Shown here piece by piece: positions 40,816 through 51,335 of a stretch of 64,000 bases of DNA; position 1 is the stretch's first letter; each line of letters opens with the position of its first letter. Under the pieces are notes generated by a model. It was not told where the DNA came from. It saw nothing but the letters and a program-made list of their open reading frames with translations, and ran no database searches. The stretch is from a virus, in the IMG/VR virus record IMGVR_UViG_3300024999_000042; one strand, given 5' to 3'. Made by a program: the position numbers and the translations under genes.

Positions 40816-43619
40816 ATTTTCACCTCTTGTAATTTAAATTTCTTATTTAAATACTCAATTTCTCCATTTTTATCTGGCATAGGGAATAATACTTGTCTTT
40901 TGCTAATCTTATTATGTAATTTAACATTTGAAAACAAATATTTTCCATAAATATTCCATAAAAAATCTTTGTTGAATTTTGGATATTTAACATAAAATAT
41001 TTCCACTAAGTAATTTACTAATTCATAAACATTGGGACATATTTCAACCATTTTCTTTTTAAACCCTTCATATATTCCTTTGGTTTGTGCTTCTAAACCG
41101 TCATCATGTTTATCATCATTAGATTTACTACTTATACCCATATTACCAAGGTCTTTAATCTCAGTTCTAAATTCATTATATCCATTTAAAACTTTATCAT
41201 ATATATCTCTATTATCTATTTGTCCTTTTCTTAGATATTGTTTGTAAAAATCTAAATCATTTTCTACTTTTAATTTTTCTTTAAGATTAAAGTCAATCCC
41301 TTCGATATGTTTACACAATAAATTCATTACACAATCGCTATCAATCACTGGCATATATTGATAATAAGCATTAAGCAATTTTTCTTCTTCTGGTTTTTTT
41401 CTTTGTTTATTAATTAAATTATTCAAAGACATTCCAAATTTTTGCTTACTAGACAAATCGTAACCATTAATATGTTTCATATATTTTCTTTTAGTATCTT
41501 TGTAAAGATATTTAAAGAAATATGGATGTCTATCTAGGAGCATATTATTAAGTATTTCTTTTTTTTCAATAATTTCAATAGAGTCTTTTTTAATATCTTC
41601 AGTATCTTCTCTATATATCACCTGTCTTTCTACCCATTTTCTAGGTATTCCCTTAACTTCCTTTCCTATTTTCGCCTTATCAATCTGTGCAGATTGAAGT
41701 TTAGTACACATTTTAATTCTATTCATTGTTTGTTTGTATTCTTCTTTATCCATTTTAAATAAAGGCAATAAAGCATACGCACTTGTGCTTTTATTGGTAA
41801 TTGAACCTATAATAGATCCAAAAGCAAATAAATCTGCTGTGAATAAAGCCTCTGGCGTTAATTCTATTGGTTTAGGTTTTGGTGCATCATAGACAACTGG
41901 CAATTCATCAGAATAAACGCCTTTGATAACTGTAATATCTGATGTGGTAGCCAAAATATCCATATCGAAGTCTGAACCTGCCCAGTGCATTGTTTCCATA
42001 CCATGTATATTGACTATAATTCCTGTAGTGCAATATCTATACCAATCTTCCGTACAATATGTGTCTACTATATTAAGTTTTAAATGCTCACTTCTAAAAG
42101 TTAACGGTGCTCTCATTGAATCAACAATTTCTACTCCTTTTCTGTTCCAATAATTTGAATAATATTCATTCTTCTGCAACAATCCTGTAATTTCTCTTCC
42201 ACAAACATGTTGCATTTGTGCAAACGGACAACTTACAATCACTTGGTAATTTCCATCGAGTAAAATATCCCCCAGACATGCCCTTCTAATCTTCTTTTTA
42301 ATTAGATTATATATTTTATTTTTAATGTATTTATCCTTTATTAAGTTATGATTAACTATCAAACTTTTTACCCAATAATTTTGTGGACTATTAATAAATT
42401 TAATTAATAATTCTTTTGTAATATTTTCCCCTATTAAGAACAATAGAGTATAATAGATATTATCAGCAGTTACTCCATTAATCCAATCTACTGTTTTTTT
42501 ACAAACTGTCTCTATGTCTTTTTTATCCCAATTTAATGTTTGGTTAAATTGATAGTTCATTGAAAGAATATCTTTTGTTTCTTTAGGAGTATATATAGAT
42601 ATGCCCCACTGAAGATTATTTTTTATACAATTTTCTTTATATGCTTCTACACTATCAAACGAATCCCAAAGTTTAAATTGACTTTCAGAAATTATAACAT
42701 CTATATTTCTTAGGTCTACCAATATGTTATTTCCGTTTTTATCTTTATATATAGTTTTGATGTTATAATTTTCATCATTCTCTTTTTTACAAAACTCTTG
42801 TATAGGAAATGTACATAGCATCCCTTTCAAAAAGTTTTGGCGTACACACCACTGAGCAGGAACATAGTCCAATCCTAATTCTTTACTCCATTTTAGAGCC
42901 ATTTCATAACTAATAAGTCCCTGTCCATCAAATAAATTAAATTCTTGATTAATAGTCTTTTCTTCAATTTTATCATCTTCTTCATACGATGTTTCTGTTA
43001 CAAAATTTACAGTTACTTCTCTAGTTTTCTTTGCGTCTGGAACTACACAAAATCTTGGTGTACTAACAACCTTAGTTGCTGATCCAGCGAGTCCTCGATA
43101 TGCATTAAATTTTGAAGGGGCATGAAGTTTATCTTTACTTCTTCCATTGTCTAAAATATCTTCTAATTTATTGATTATTGATTCATCACATAGGACAACA
43201 GTTGATACTCTAGATTGGGAGGCAGAGGAAGACAAACGAAAATATGTCTTCCCATTCAATTGCAATCCATTTTCAAATAAATAATTATAATGTGCTTTAT
43301 GTTCCATCACTACAGTTATGTATTCTGGAATAAACATCATATCATAAATTAATTTCTTCAACTCGATTATTCTATCTGAGTTTTCTTTAGATGATTTTGC
43401 CTTTTTTAATTTATCTCTCTCAGCATACCACTCTTCAAGTTTTAATAAGTCTACTTGTTTATTTTGAATATCTCTGATGCTTCTTAATATTTGGTTGTCT
43501 GCTAAAGCAATAATTTCACCATTTTCTTGTGCTTCTTCAAATGTTAAGTCAAAATTGTATTCATATTCCTTTAGGCGAGAACTTTTGAATTTCATAGTGT
43601 AGAATTGTCGATTAGGCAA
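40812..43619 (-). CDS. yonO: YonO-like single-subunit RNA polymerase (cellular RdRP-like two-barrel)
   Basis: SSASQSR, FDGQGLIS, KGML, RAP, GSDFDMD, IDKAK motifs; 935 aa; upstream of late genes. Confidence 0.88.
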   Translation of the reverse strand: MPNRQFYTMKFKSSRLKEYEYNFDLTFEEAQENGEIIALADNQILRSIRDIQNKQVDLLKLEEWYAERDKLKKAKSSKENSDRIIELKKLIYDMMFIPEYITVVMEHKAHYNYLFENGLQLNGKTYFRLSSSASQSRVSTVVLCDESIINKLEDILDNGRSKDKLHAPSKFNAYRGLAGSATKVVSTPRFCVVPDAKKTREVTVNFVTETSYEEDDKIEEKTINQEFNLFDGQGLISYEMALKWSKELGLDYVPAQWCVRQNFLKGMLCTFPIQEFCKKENDENYNIKTIYKDKNGNNILVDLRNIDVIISESQFKLWDSFDSVEAYKENCIKNNLQWGISIYTPKETKDILSMNYQFNQTLNWDKKDIETVCKKTVDWINGVTADNIYYTLLFLIGENITKELLIKFINSPQNYWVKSLIVNHNLIKDKYIKNKIYNLIKKKIRRACLGDILLDGNYQVIVSCPFAQMQHVCGREITGLLQKNEYYSNYWNRKGVEIVDSMRAPLTFRSEHLKLNIVDTYCTEDWYRYCTTGIIVNIHGMETMHWAGSDFDMDILATTSDITVIKGVYSDELPVVYDAPKPKPIELTPEALFTADLFAFGSIIGSITNKSTSAYALLPLFKMDKEEYKQTMNRIKMCTKLQSAQIDKAKIGKEVKGIPRKWVERQVIYREDTEDIKKDSIEIIEKKEILNNMLLDRHPYFFKYLYKDTKRKYMKHINGYDLSSKQKFGMSLNNLINKQRKKPEEEKLLNAYYQYMPVIDSDCVMNLLCKHIEGIDFNLKEKLKVENDLDFYKQYLRKGQIDNRDIYDKVLNGYNEFRTEIKDLGNMGISSKSNDDKHDDGLEAQTKGIYEGFKKKMVEICPNVYELVNYLVEIFYVKYPKFNKDFLWNIYGKYLFSNVKLHNKISKRQVLFPMPDKNGEIEYLNKKFKLQEVKI

Positions 43620-43622
43620 TAT

Positions 43623-44306
43623 CTATTCCTCCTTATCATTATCATCTATTAAACTATATCCACCATCACTATTAATTTCGTATGAATCTGGGTTAAATGT
43701 TCTATGTATATAATATCCTTCTTGATATCCTTTAATATATTTTTCATAGAATTCTACATCTATGTTAAGTTTATCGTTTATATCTGCGTTGCTCATCTTA
43801 AAATTACAATAATAATATAAATTCATATTGTCAATATAAGATTTTAAAATATATGGTTTCCATGTTATTTCTGGAAGATTGAATAAATTATTATTATCTG
43901 ATTTAAAATCTATATTAAATTTAGTCTTATATTTACAAATATAATGAATCTCATATATATTCATATGGTAATCTGATTCCATTTCGCAATATTCTATTTT
44001 ATGCACATTATTATATAAATCAAATTTCTCAGGATTTTTCCAAGTCAAATGATTATTTATATGAGCATATATTCTATTATTTATATTCGTTGTCTTCCCT
44101 ACATATAATACTGTATTGTCTTTATCTAATAATTTATACAAATAAAAGTTATCGTGTTTTATATTATCCTTATTTTCATTCCTTTTTAAATTGCTACATT
44201 CTTTACATATTGAAATAACTCCGTCTTTTGTCTTTTTGTTAGTTTTAAATAAGGATATATCTTTTCTTTCACCGCATATTTTACATTTCTTTGTTTTCTT
44301 AGCCAA
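43623..44306 (-). CDS. Zinc finger + GIY-YIG nuclease protein
   Basis: CKIC...CKEC; YLYKL...VLYVGKT.NI..RI..H...YEIHYI.KY...FN. Confidence 0.8.
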   Translation of the reverse strand: MAKKTKKCKICGERKDISLFKTNKKTKDGVISICKECSNLKRNENKDNIKHDNFYLYKLLDKDNTVLYVGKTTNINNRIYAHINNHLTWKNPEKFDLYNNVHKIEYCEMESDYHMNIYEIHYICKYKTKFNIDFKSDNNNLFNLPEITWKPYILKSYIDNMNLYYYCNFKMSNADINDKLNIDVEFYEKYIKGYQEGYYIHRTFNPDSYEINSDGGYSLIDDNDKEE

Positions 44307-44760
44307 TATTAATTATTCCTCCTACTTCTTCAAACTCTTCCAATCCCTCTGCCCACTCTAATACACTAATAGCATTATTAAATATATCTTTACTCAGCTC
44401 ACCTATACTTTTATTTTTGTTCTCATAAAAATCACACCTAATAGTATTTCTTTTACTCTGCTGTCCATTTGTATTCAAATATGCCCAAGGGTTTAAATCT
44501 TGATCATACATATAACCTTTAGGTAAACTTGGAAACATATAATCTTCTACAAAAAATATGTAACTACTTGAATATTCATCTGCGTAATGACCGCTACAGC
44601 AAAAGCGAGTCCTATATCCCTTTCTATTCAACTCGGCAATCACTGGTAAAAATAATTCATCAATTTCTACTATATCTCCATAGCACTCTTTAACTTTACA
44701 CGTATTATTCTTTATTGTTTTCTGATTATAAACTTTGTAACAATTCAAACATAAAAGCAT
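44299..44760 (-). CDS. Hypothetical Zn-binding protein with TYW3-like LNxKGYxTxFCCSGH motif
   Basis: EIDELFLPVIAELNRKGYRTRFCCSGH. Confidence 0.7.
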   Translation of the reverse strand: MLLCLNCYKVYNQKTIKNNTCKVKECYGDIVEIDELFLPVIAELNRKGYRTRFCCSGHYADEYSSSYIFFVEDYMFPSLPKGYMYDQDLNPWAYLNTNGQQSKRNTIRCDFYENKNKSIGELSKDIFNNAISVLEWAEGLEEFEEVGGIINIG

Positions 44761-44858
44761 TATAATTCCTCCTATTTATTATTTCCAACCAACGCATCAT
44801 ATCAGCATTTAGCAACGTTGGTTGGTTTTCTAAATTACGTTAAAACTCACCTTTGAAT

Positions 44859-45083
44859 CTAATTAGAAACAGCTAATATAAACATAATAAATATAAGAAT
44901 TATCACACTTACAATGATACTTTCACTCGCTGATAAAGGAGTATTATTTACTTTATTTATATTATTATATGTATTGTAAGCATTATTTTTCTTCTTTTGC
45001 CTATAATAATCGTTTACAGAGTGACTTACTGCTTTAGCAATTACTCTATTCATAGAGCCGTAATTTCTTGGTCTCATTTGCAT
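44859..45083 (-). CDS. Small protein with C-terminal transmembrane helix
   Basis: IIVSVIILIFIMFILAV. Confidence 0.6.
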   Translation of the reverse strand: MQMRPRNYGSMNRVIAKAVSHSVNDYYRQKKKNNAYNTYNNINKVNNTPLSASESIIVSVIILIFIMFILAVSN

Positions 45084-45085
45084 CT

Positions 45086-45352
45086 TTATAAACCCTCCTC
45101 TATTTTTCTTTCATTCTTCCCATGCCATAAATATCTTTTAACCTCACCCTGAAACCAAATTTGATTTATAAATGGTTCATCTGAATATTTTGCACAAAAA
45201 TGATAATAATGATTATCTCTTTTATCCAACCAATAGAAGTGAGGCCATTTGCATTGAAATATTTCTAACCATGCACCACGTTTATGTATTTTTGTTTTAG
45301 TTGGATTTAATATGAATTGTTTCCATGCTCCTAATAGACAATTGCTATGCAT
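45086..45352 (-). CDS. Hypothetical Trp/His-rich protein
   Basis: ORF track. Confidence 0.6.
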   Translation of the reverse strand: MHSNCLLGAWKQFILNPTKTKIHKRGAWLEIFQCKWPHFYWLDKRDNHYYHFCAKYSDEPFINQIWFQGEVKRYLWHGKNERKIEEGL

Positions 45353-45374
45353 GATATCTTTTTACCCCTTTTTC

Positions 45375-45566
45375 TTAATCAATCTCTTTACATTTTACAG
45401 CATTCAACTTATTATATTTAGCACAATCTTCGCAATAATAATTTCCACTATCTAAATCTGTCCATATTTCTTCTATATTTATAATTTCTTCCTTACAAAT
45501 AGAACAACTTTCACTCACTAAATCATCCTCTACCTCCTTATGAGACAATACTTTTTGCATCTTCAT
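45375..45566 (-). CDS. Small zinc-finger protein
   Basis: CSIC...YCEDC. Confidence 0.6.
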   Translation of the reverse strand: MKMQKVLSHKEVEDDLVSESCSICKEEIINIEEIWTDLDSGNYYCEDCAKYNKLNAVKCKEID

Positions 45567-45933
45567 TGTGAATTAGTTCCTCCAAAATCTTAAAATCAGT
45601 ATAATCTTCAAGATATATCTCGACAAATTCTCCAACTAAACCAAATAATTTACTCTCTAATTGCATACTCCCTACACAATATCCCTCTACTTTTTGTTCA
45701 TTAGTTCTACACATGTGTAAACAGCCCATACCATTAAATTCAATATTATTTGCTCTTCCTAAAACTCTTACTAATTTATTGTTAATGTTTTTACCATTAA
45801 AAATATTATCTAGAATGTTTGTTAATGATGTTCCAGAATTATCAGAAGAAGATGTGATAATATAATTAATTCTATTATTTATTGATGGAATGTCTGAGAT
45901 AGTAAGTTTACCTTGGAAATGATATTTTCTCAT
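45538..45933 (-). CDS. Hypothetical protein
   Basis: SD GAGGT; ORF track. Confidence 0.65.
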   Translation of the reverse strand: MRKYHFQGKLTISDIPSINNRINYIITSSSDNSGTSLTNILDNIFNGKNINNKLVRVLGRANNIEFNGMGCLHMCRTNEQKVEGYCVGSMQLESKLFGLVGEFVEIYLEDYTDFKILEELIHNEDAKSIVS

Positions 45934-45968
45934 TTTATTTACCTCTTTCTATTTCATTATATTTTTTA

Positions 45969-47014
45969 TTAATCAGTTATTTCTACTTTATATTTCATTA
46001 GAGAATTGTATACATTTTCTGGTATTAAATCATAATACTTTTTAGCTATTTCTTTTATCAAATTTTCTTTGTAATCTTTGTATTTATTAAATGCTAGTTT
46101 TGGAGTGGCATAGGTTCCTAGTTTTTTCTGAGTTCCAGTACCGTCACTGCATGAAGCTTGATATCTTCCGTTAGATTGTAAAATACACCTATTGGAAACT
46201 TTCCTCTATCATTTTGGTGTTTTACAAATAATACGTTTATATCACTAGGTACAAAACAACACATATTAGGACTGTATAATTTATTACCTTTAATTAATAT
46301 ATCTTTATCAAGATGTATTTTTTGCCCATCAATTTTATAAAAGTTTTCTTTATACCACATAGCGAAATTTTGAAAGTTTAACCATTCATCACAGACTGTG
46401 CATCCTATGTACGTTGGTCTATCCTCTTGTTTATTTTTATCATAACATCTTTGTATCATATTTCTCCATGTATAATATGCACTTTCGTAATTGACACAAT
46501 TATATTCTCCAGTTCCCATATAAGAATTTCCTAATCCTAAATTTGTTGGATTTCTTACATCTCCACTTTTAAAACTACCATATGTACAATTTTTTATATG
46601 TCCATTATCAAAACGTACAATTGTGTTTTTGTAATTTATATAATCTATTATTGTCATCTTGCAACCAGATCTACTAATAATTGATTCTCCTACTCTTTTA
46701 TCTTTATTATTATTTATTTTTGTTTCATTTGCCTTTTTCTTACCATACAACATAGTGGCACATCTTTGACAATAATATTTTTCATCATCTCTAACAGATT
46801 TTTTATAATCACACCATCTTATTTCTTTTAATATAAGATTTTTACAATCGATATTATCACATGTAACTTCTACTCCAACAATAGAACCATTTGGCAAATC
46901 TTCTACTTTAACTTCAAATTCATCTTTCCATTGGGTAAAGATATAACCTCTATCTTCGTACCACTTTTTGTTTTTAGGATTCCATTTCATAATTACAGTT
47001 TTAGTTAATAACGT
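45969..47014 (-). pseudogene. HNH/AP2-type homing endonuclease with ACG at the expected start and a 1-nt frameshift near 46180
   Basis: SD GAAAGAGG then ACG-LLTKTVIMKW; WRNMIQRC, VCDEWLNFQNF, LDKDIL; frame -1 continues NGRYQASC...LGTYATPKLAF...YKVEITD*. Confidence 0.75.
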
Positions 47015-47309
47015 TTTTAAAACCTCTTTCTATTATTAAATTTATATTTGTACCATATGTAGTTTTTATATTTTTAACTTGTAGTCAATATACTGATTTT
47101 AGGTGTTATTTGTAATAATTACAATAAAGTCTCTAAACCCTACTGTCATAAGGGATACAGGGATTATCTTACATCAATTATGTGCCATAATATCGACTCT
47201 ATTTGCCTCGCTAAATTGACATAGGTAAGATTGTGTCAAATAGATTTTTTAAACGCTTAGAAGGATAATTTTATGATTTTTTGGATTGTTATGTCTTAAT
47301 ATAATTATT

Positions 47310-47708
47310 TTATTTTTCACTTTCCATAATATCTTTTAATTTTTGTTTCTCTTTTTCTTTCTTCTGTCGAAGTTTCAATTCTTTAAGTTGTTCATTTTTT
47401 CCTTTAATCTGAAAGCGAAGGAGTTTGTGTACTTTATGTATATCAATTTCATTGAACCTTATAACTGCCTCAGTGCAAGTATCGCTACTGATATATTCCC
47501 ATACTTTAATATTATCTTGTTCACATTTTGACATAAAAGATTTGGAACTTGATCCAGTTGGAAAATATATTGAGAGAGTAGATGAATCGTGGCGATAAAT
47601 TTCTGTATTGTAGTGGCCTTTTAGGTAGTTATCATCTTTGTTTTTGCTTTTTGTATTGTCTGTGTTTAAGGTATGATAGACAAAATATGTTCCAATATAT
47701 TTAAGAAT
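47310..47708 (-). CDS. Hypothetical protein; probable ATT start 58 codons upstream of the called ATG
   Basis: AAGGAGGTGA SD then ATT-LKYIGTY..., open and in frame with 47534. Confidence 0.65.
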   Translation of the reverse strand: MLKYIGTYFVYHTLNTDNTKSKNKDDNYLKGHYNTEIYRHDSSTLSIYFPTGSSSKSFMSKCEQDNIKVWEYISSDTCTEAVIRFNEIDIHKVHKLLRFQIKGKNEQLKELKLRQKKEKEKQKLKDIMESEK

Positions 47709-47743
47709 TTATTTTTCACCTCCTTTGTATCAATATATAACTA

Positions 47744-48073
47744 TTATAAATTTTTATAAAACTCACTTTCATGCTCAATAAATCCATTATTACTATCCAA
47801 AATATTAACTCCCTGTCTATATCCATATTTTAATATAATATCTTTACCTATATTCCATGCTATATTTATACTCTCTTCTCCCATTCCATCGTCATGAATA
47901 AGAAATCTTAATCGATTATCCTCTGGAATTAAATGAATTTCTGTAAAATATTTTTGCATTCTTAGACCATTACTACTACAATCCCATAATTCATATCCTT
48001 TACTTTTAAACACTTTTATTAGTTCTTTTACTTCTGGAAGAGTTTCTAAATTTTTGTAATCTCTATGAAACAT
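47744..48073 (-). CDS. Hypothetical protein
   Basis: ORF with SD. Confidence 0.65.
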   Translation of the reverse strand: MFHRDYKNLETLPEVKELIKVFKSKGYELWDCSSNGLRMQKYFTEIHLIPEDNRLRFLIHDDGMGEESINIAWNIGKDIILKYGYRQGVNILDSNNGFIEHESEFYKNL

Positions 48074-48105
48074 TTTTATTTCCTTCTTTCTATTATTTTA
48101 ATAAC

Positions 48106-48300
48106 TTAATATGTATCATAACTATACATTAATTTCTTATTATCACATTCTTCACAAACTAAATGAACCCAATGTTCTGTGTAACTATCATCATACCACA
48201 TATTGAATTTCTCAGTATGTTCAATTGAAGTATTATTACTATGACAATTTTTGCACTCAATATGAAAACCTATATCAACTAATCTCACCTCCTTTTCCAC
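48106..48300 (-). CDS. Small zinc-ribbon protein
   Basis: CKNC...CEEC. Confidence 0.6.
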   Translation of the reverse strand: MEKEVRLVDIGFHIECKNCHSNNTSIEHTEKFNMWYDDSYTEHWVHLVCEECDNKKLMYSYDTY

Positions 48301-48306
48301 TTAATT

Positions 48307-48335
48307 ATTATAACATTATTTTCACAATATGTCAA
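48307..48335 (-). promoter_or_regulatory. Consensus SigA promoter
   Basis: TTGACA-17-TATAAT with extended TG. Confidence 0.85.
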
Positions 48336-48373
48336 ATATTTATTTATTACTTTATAGTTTATTGCTTATTACT

Positions 48374-48616
48374 TTACCTCCCTTCTCTAAGTAACTTATC
48401 CAAATACTCAATTGTATCAAATAAATCCTCTAATATATTTCCCTTCTCTGTATCAACCGAAATATATCCGTATTTATTACATATATCAGAGAATTCACAA
48501 TAATTTGGATCGTTTTCTTTACATTCCATGCATTTATTAGGGTTTTCTTCATCTTCTAGGTCTTGAGAGAATAGTAATTGTTTGAGTTTTGTTAATTGAT
48601 TTGTGGTTAATATCAT
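48374..48616 (-). CDS. Hypothetical protein (CxxC...C...C)
   Basis: ORF with SD AAGGAG. Confidence 0.65.
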   Translation of the reverse strand: MILTTNQLTKLKQLLFSQDLEDEENPNKCMECKENDPNYCEFSDICNKYGYISVDTEKGNILEDLFDTIEYLDKLLREGR

Positions 48617-48631
48617 TAATCATTTACTCCT

Positions 48632-48913
48632 TCACATCGTTGAATTATACAAATCTTTCATTTCATCTTTCAAAGACTCATAACCATATTTATAATCCAA
48701 TCTAGGAAATATAGTTACTGAGCGTTTCCATTTCATATGTTCTACTATTAAGATGATTTCATGCCCTATACTGTATCCTTCTTTATCTAGTTTATCATAT
48801 TGACTTACTATAAATTTAGGAGGAGAATCTGTGTCGTGACCATATTCTTGTTTACATATTTTATTTACTGCATATTGAATAGAATCTATGATGTTTATGT
48901 GTTCTAATTTCAT
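48632..48913 (-). CDS. Hypothetical protein
   Basis: ATGA overlap; strong SD. Confidence 0.65.
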   Translation of the reverse strand: MKLEHINIIDSIQYAVNKICKQEYGHDTDSPPKFIVSQYDKLDKEGYSIGHEIILIVEHMKWKRSVTIFPRLDYKYGYESLKDEMKDLYNSTM

Positions 48914-49521
48914 TTTGTTTTCACCTCCTTAAAATCACTCTCAACAATCCTAATCACCTTATAATCAAATATGCCCATAATAAACTGTGCAAATATCTGT
49001 AATCCAATTAATATATCAATACTTACCTCTAATTTTATTACTACAATTGCCAATGTTGCTCCCATGATCTGAGCTATTGATACTAGATAACTTTCTTGTG
49101 TTTGATAATTTGTTAACTCCTCTCCTTGCCATATCTTATTAATATTACTTCTCATAATACACATCCATATAGCTGAACTTGTGGAATTCAAAATAGCAAT
49201 TCCGAAAAATCTAATTTGAATATTATTCATTCCATATATTGATACAAATAAGAATCCTAAAACATCTAGAATAATGATTAATAAGAAGAATTTTTGTAAT
49301 AATTCTCTATTCTTTTGCTTCTTTAATATGTAATTTATAAGAAATATTGTGATAATTCCTACCCAATTCACTATAGAATATATGTATGTGGATACTTTTT
49401 GCATGAAATATATGTTTATAGTAGGAGTTGTTAGTGCAAATAGTAGACAATTGGTGAATACGCCAGTGTAGAGGTATAATTTTATGTTTTTTAGGTTGTG
49501 GGTATGGTTGATGTGAGTAAT
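48910..49521 (-). CDS. Multi-pass membrane protein (half-MFS-like); probable ATT start
   Basis: About six hydrophobic segments once extended 39 codons to ATT after AAGGAGGTGA. Confidence 0.65.
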   Translation of the reverse strand: MTHINHTHNLKNIKLYLYTGVFTNCLLFALTTPTINIYFMQKVSTYIYSIVNWVGIITIFLINYILKKQKNRELLQKFFLLIIILDVLGFLFVSIYGMNNIQIRFFGIAILNSTSSAIWMCIMRSNINKIWQGEELTNYQTQESYLVSIAQIMGATLAIVVIKLEVSIDILIGLQIFAQFIMGIFDYKVIRIVESDFKEVKTK

Positions 49522-49634
49522 ATTTTTATCACCTCCTTTGTTTATTTTATTGTTGGATTTTGAGGAAGGTGGGGTTATATTTTAGTGTTGTTTGCTGAAT
49601 GTGTAAAATATGCCGCCCAGTCCCTCTTGTATAT

Positions 49635-49663
49635 AGTATAACATTTTAATATCTCCATGTCAA
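49635..49663 (-). promoter_or_regulatory. SigA promoter
   Basis: TTGACA-17-TATACT with extended TG. Confidence 0.8.
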
Positions 49664-49700
49664 GAATATTTATATTATAATTCAATAAAATAATTTAAAT

Positions 49701-51335
49701 TTATCTCTTCTTAATAATCCAACTAATTTTATTTGCTTTCACAACCGTATGAACATCAAACTTAGTTCTTAATACCTTACCATTAGCCCACCATTCCTTC
49801 TTTAACCAATCTAATTGTTTTTGAGTTGCAGGTTCATATTTCCACTTTGCTTTTCTATCTAAGAATGTACTATACTTTCTTGATGCATATTTTTCTGCTT
49901 CCTCAATTAGATTAATTAAATTATCATCTTCAGATATGTAATCCTTTGTATTAATTCTATTTGTGGTATCAACCATGTACAATTCAAATATATTCTCCTG
50001 TAGATTCTTATAGATTGTATAATGTAAATCAGAAGTAATAGATAATGCAAATATTTCATTATCACACCGATACCAATTGAAATACGCTTCGCTAAAATAT
50101 TCACTCATATTAGTCTTAAATAATTTTAATTCTTCAGCAATTAATGCTAATCTCTCAATTTCTTTTTGCTTTGCTAATTCTTCTCTTTCTAACTTTTCTG
50201 CTTTATTCTTTTCCTCACGTTCAATTGCTTCAGTTAATGTTTCTTGATCTTTAATCTCTACACCAAATATATCTGTCATTGTCATTAAATCATGCTTTCG
50301 CACTATATCAACAACATCAATTATTAAGCAATTAGATTTACTTTCTGATGTTCTGAGTCCCCTTCCTAAACACTGTACGTAGAGTATTTTACTCTTGGTC
50401 GGACGAGCAAATATAAGTGCTGTGACGTTTTCATTATCATAACCAATTGTAAGTATTCCACAATTTACAATGACTGGAAGCTCTCCATTATTAAATCTAT
50501 CCATAACTTTTTCTCTTCTAGAATCTTCAATGGTAGAATCAATATAATCACAAAGAATTCCATTGTCATTAAATGTTTGAGAAATATCTCTAGCATGAGC
50601 AATACCTGATGCAAATACAATAGTTGACTTTCTATCTGAAGCGTGTTTAATATAAGCCTCAACTATAATTTCATTTCTATTATCTGTATTTACCGCATCT
50701 TCCAACTGTCTCTGATTAAATTCTCCTGCTATTGTTTTTACATTTGATAAATCAGTTCCAGAATAAACATAAATTGCTTTAGGTTCACAAAGATAGTTAT
50801 TTTTAATCATTTCTAATATTGGTTTTTGATAAATGATTCCATTGAATACTTTCTTCATTTCTAAATTCCACGGAGTAGCACTGAGACCAATTGCCTTTAT
50901 ATTAGGATTTAACTTATCTAGTATTTTTCTTATTTGTCCACAGGCAGCATGAGCTTCATCAAATATCACTAATTCAAAATCTCCATGCTCAGACATTTGT
51001 TCAAGTCTAGTAGATTTAGAATGTGTTAACGATTGTCTGGACGCAACAACAATACGGTTGCCGATTTCATTCAATGACGCTTGAACAGAACCAATATCTA
51101 AATCAGGATTAGTATTAAGTAATTTCTCGATAGTCTGCTCTCTTAAAATTGTTGATTGGATAACCAAAAGTACACGACCAACAGTATTATTTGCTATTGC
51201 AGACATTATGATGGTTTTTCCTGAAGCTGTTGGCAAGGATATGATTCCACTTTCTCCTTCTTTAAGATTGTTTACTGCTTCTACACTTTCTAATTGATAT
51301 GGTCTTAATTCATATGCCATTTTAATAATCCTCAT
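49701..51335 (-). CDS. SF2 DEAD/DEAH-box helicase (IRC3/RadD-like)
   Basis: LRPYQ, PTASGKT, DEAH, SAT, QCLGRGLR. Confidence 0.93.
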   Translation of the reverse strand: MRIIKMAYELRPYQLESVEAVNNLKEGESGIISLPTASGKTIIMSAIANNTVGRVLLVIQSTILREQTIEKLLNTNPDLDIGSVQASLNEIGNRIVVASRQSLTHSKSTRLEQMSEHGDFELVIFDEAHAACGQIRKILDKLNPNIKAIGLSATPWNLEMKKVFNGIIYQKPILEMIKNNYLCEPKAIYVYSGTDLSNVKTIAGEFNQRQLEDAVNTDNRNEIIVEAYIKHASDRKSTIVFASGIAHARDISQTFNDNGILCDYIDSTIEDSRREKVMDRFNNGELPVIVNCGILTIGYDNENVTALIFARPTKSKILYVQCLGRGLRTSESKSNCLIIDVVDIVRKHDLMTMTDIFGVEIKDQETLTEAIEREEKNKAEKLEREELAKQKEIERLALIAEELKLFKTNMSEYFSEAYFNWYRCDNEIFALSITSDLHYTIYKNLQENIFELYMVDTTNRINTKDYISEDDNLINLIEEAEKYASRKYSTFLDRKAKWKYEPATQKQLDWLKKEWWANGKVLRTKFDVHTVVKANKISWIIKKR

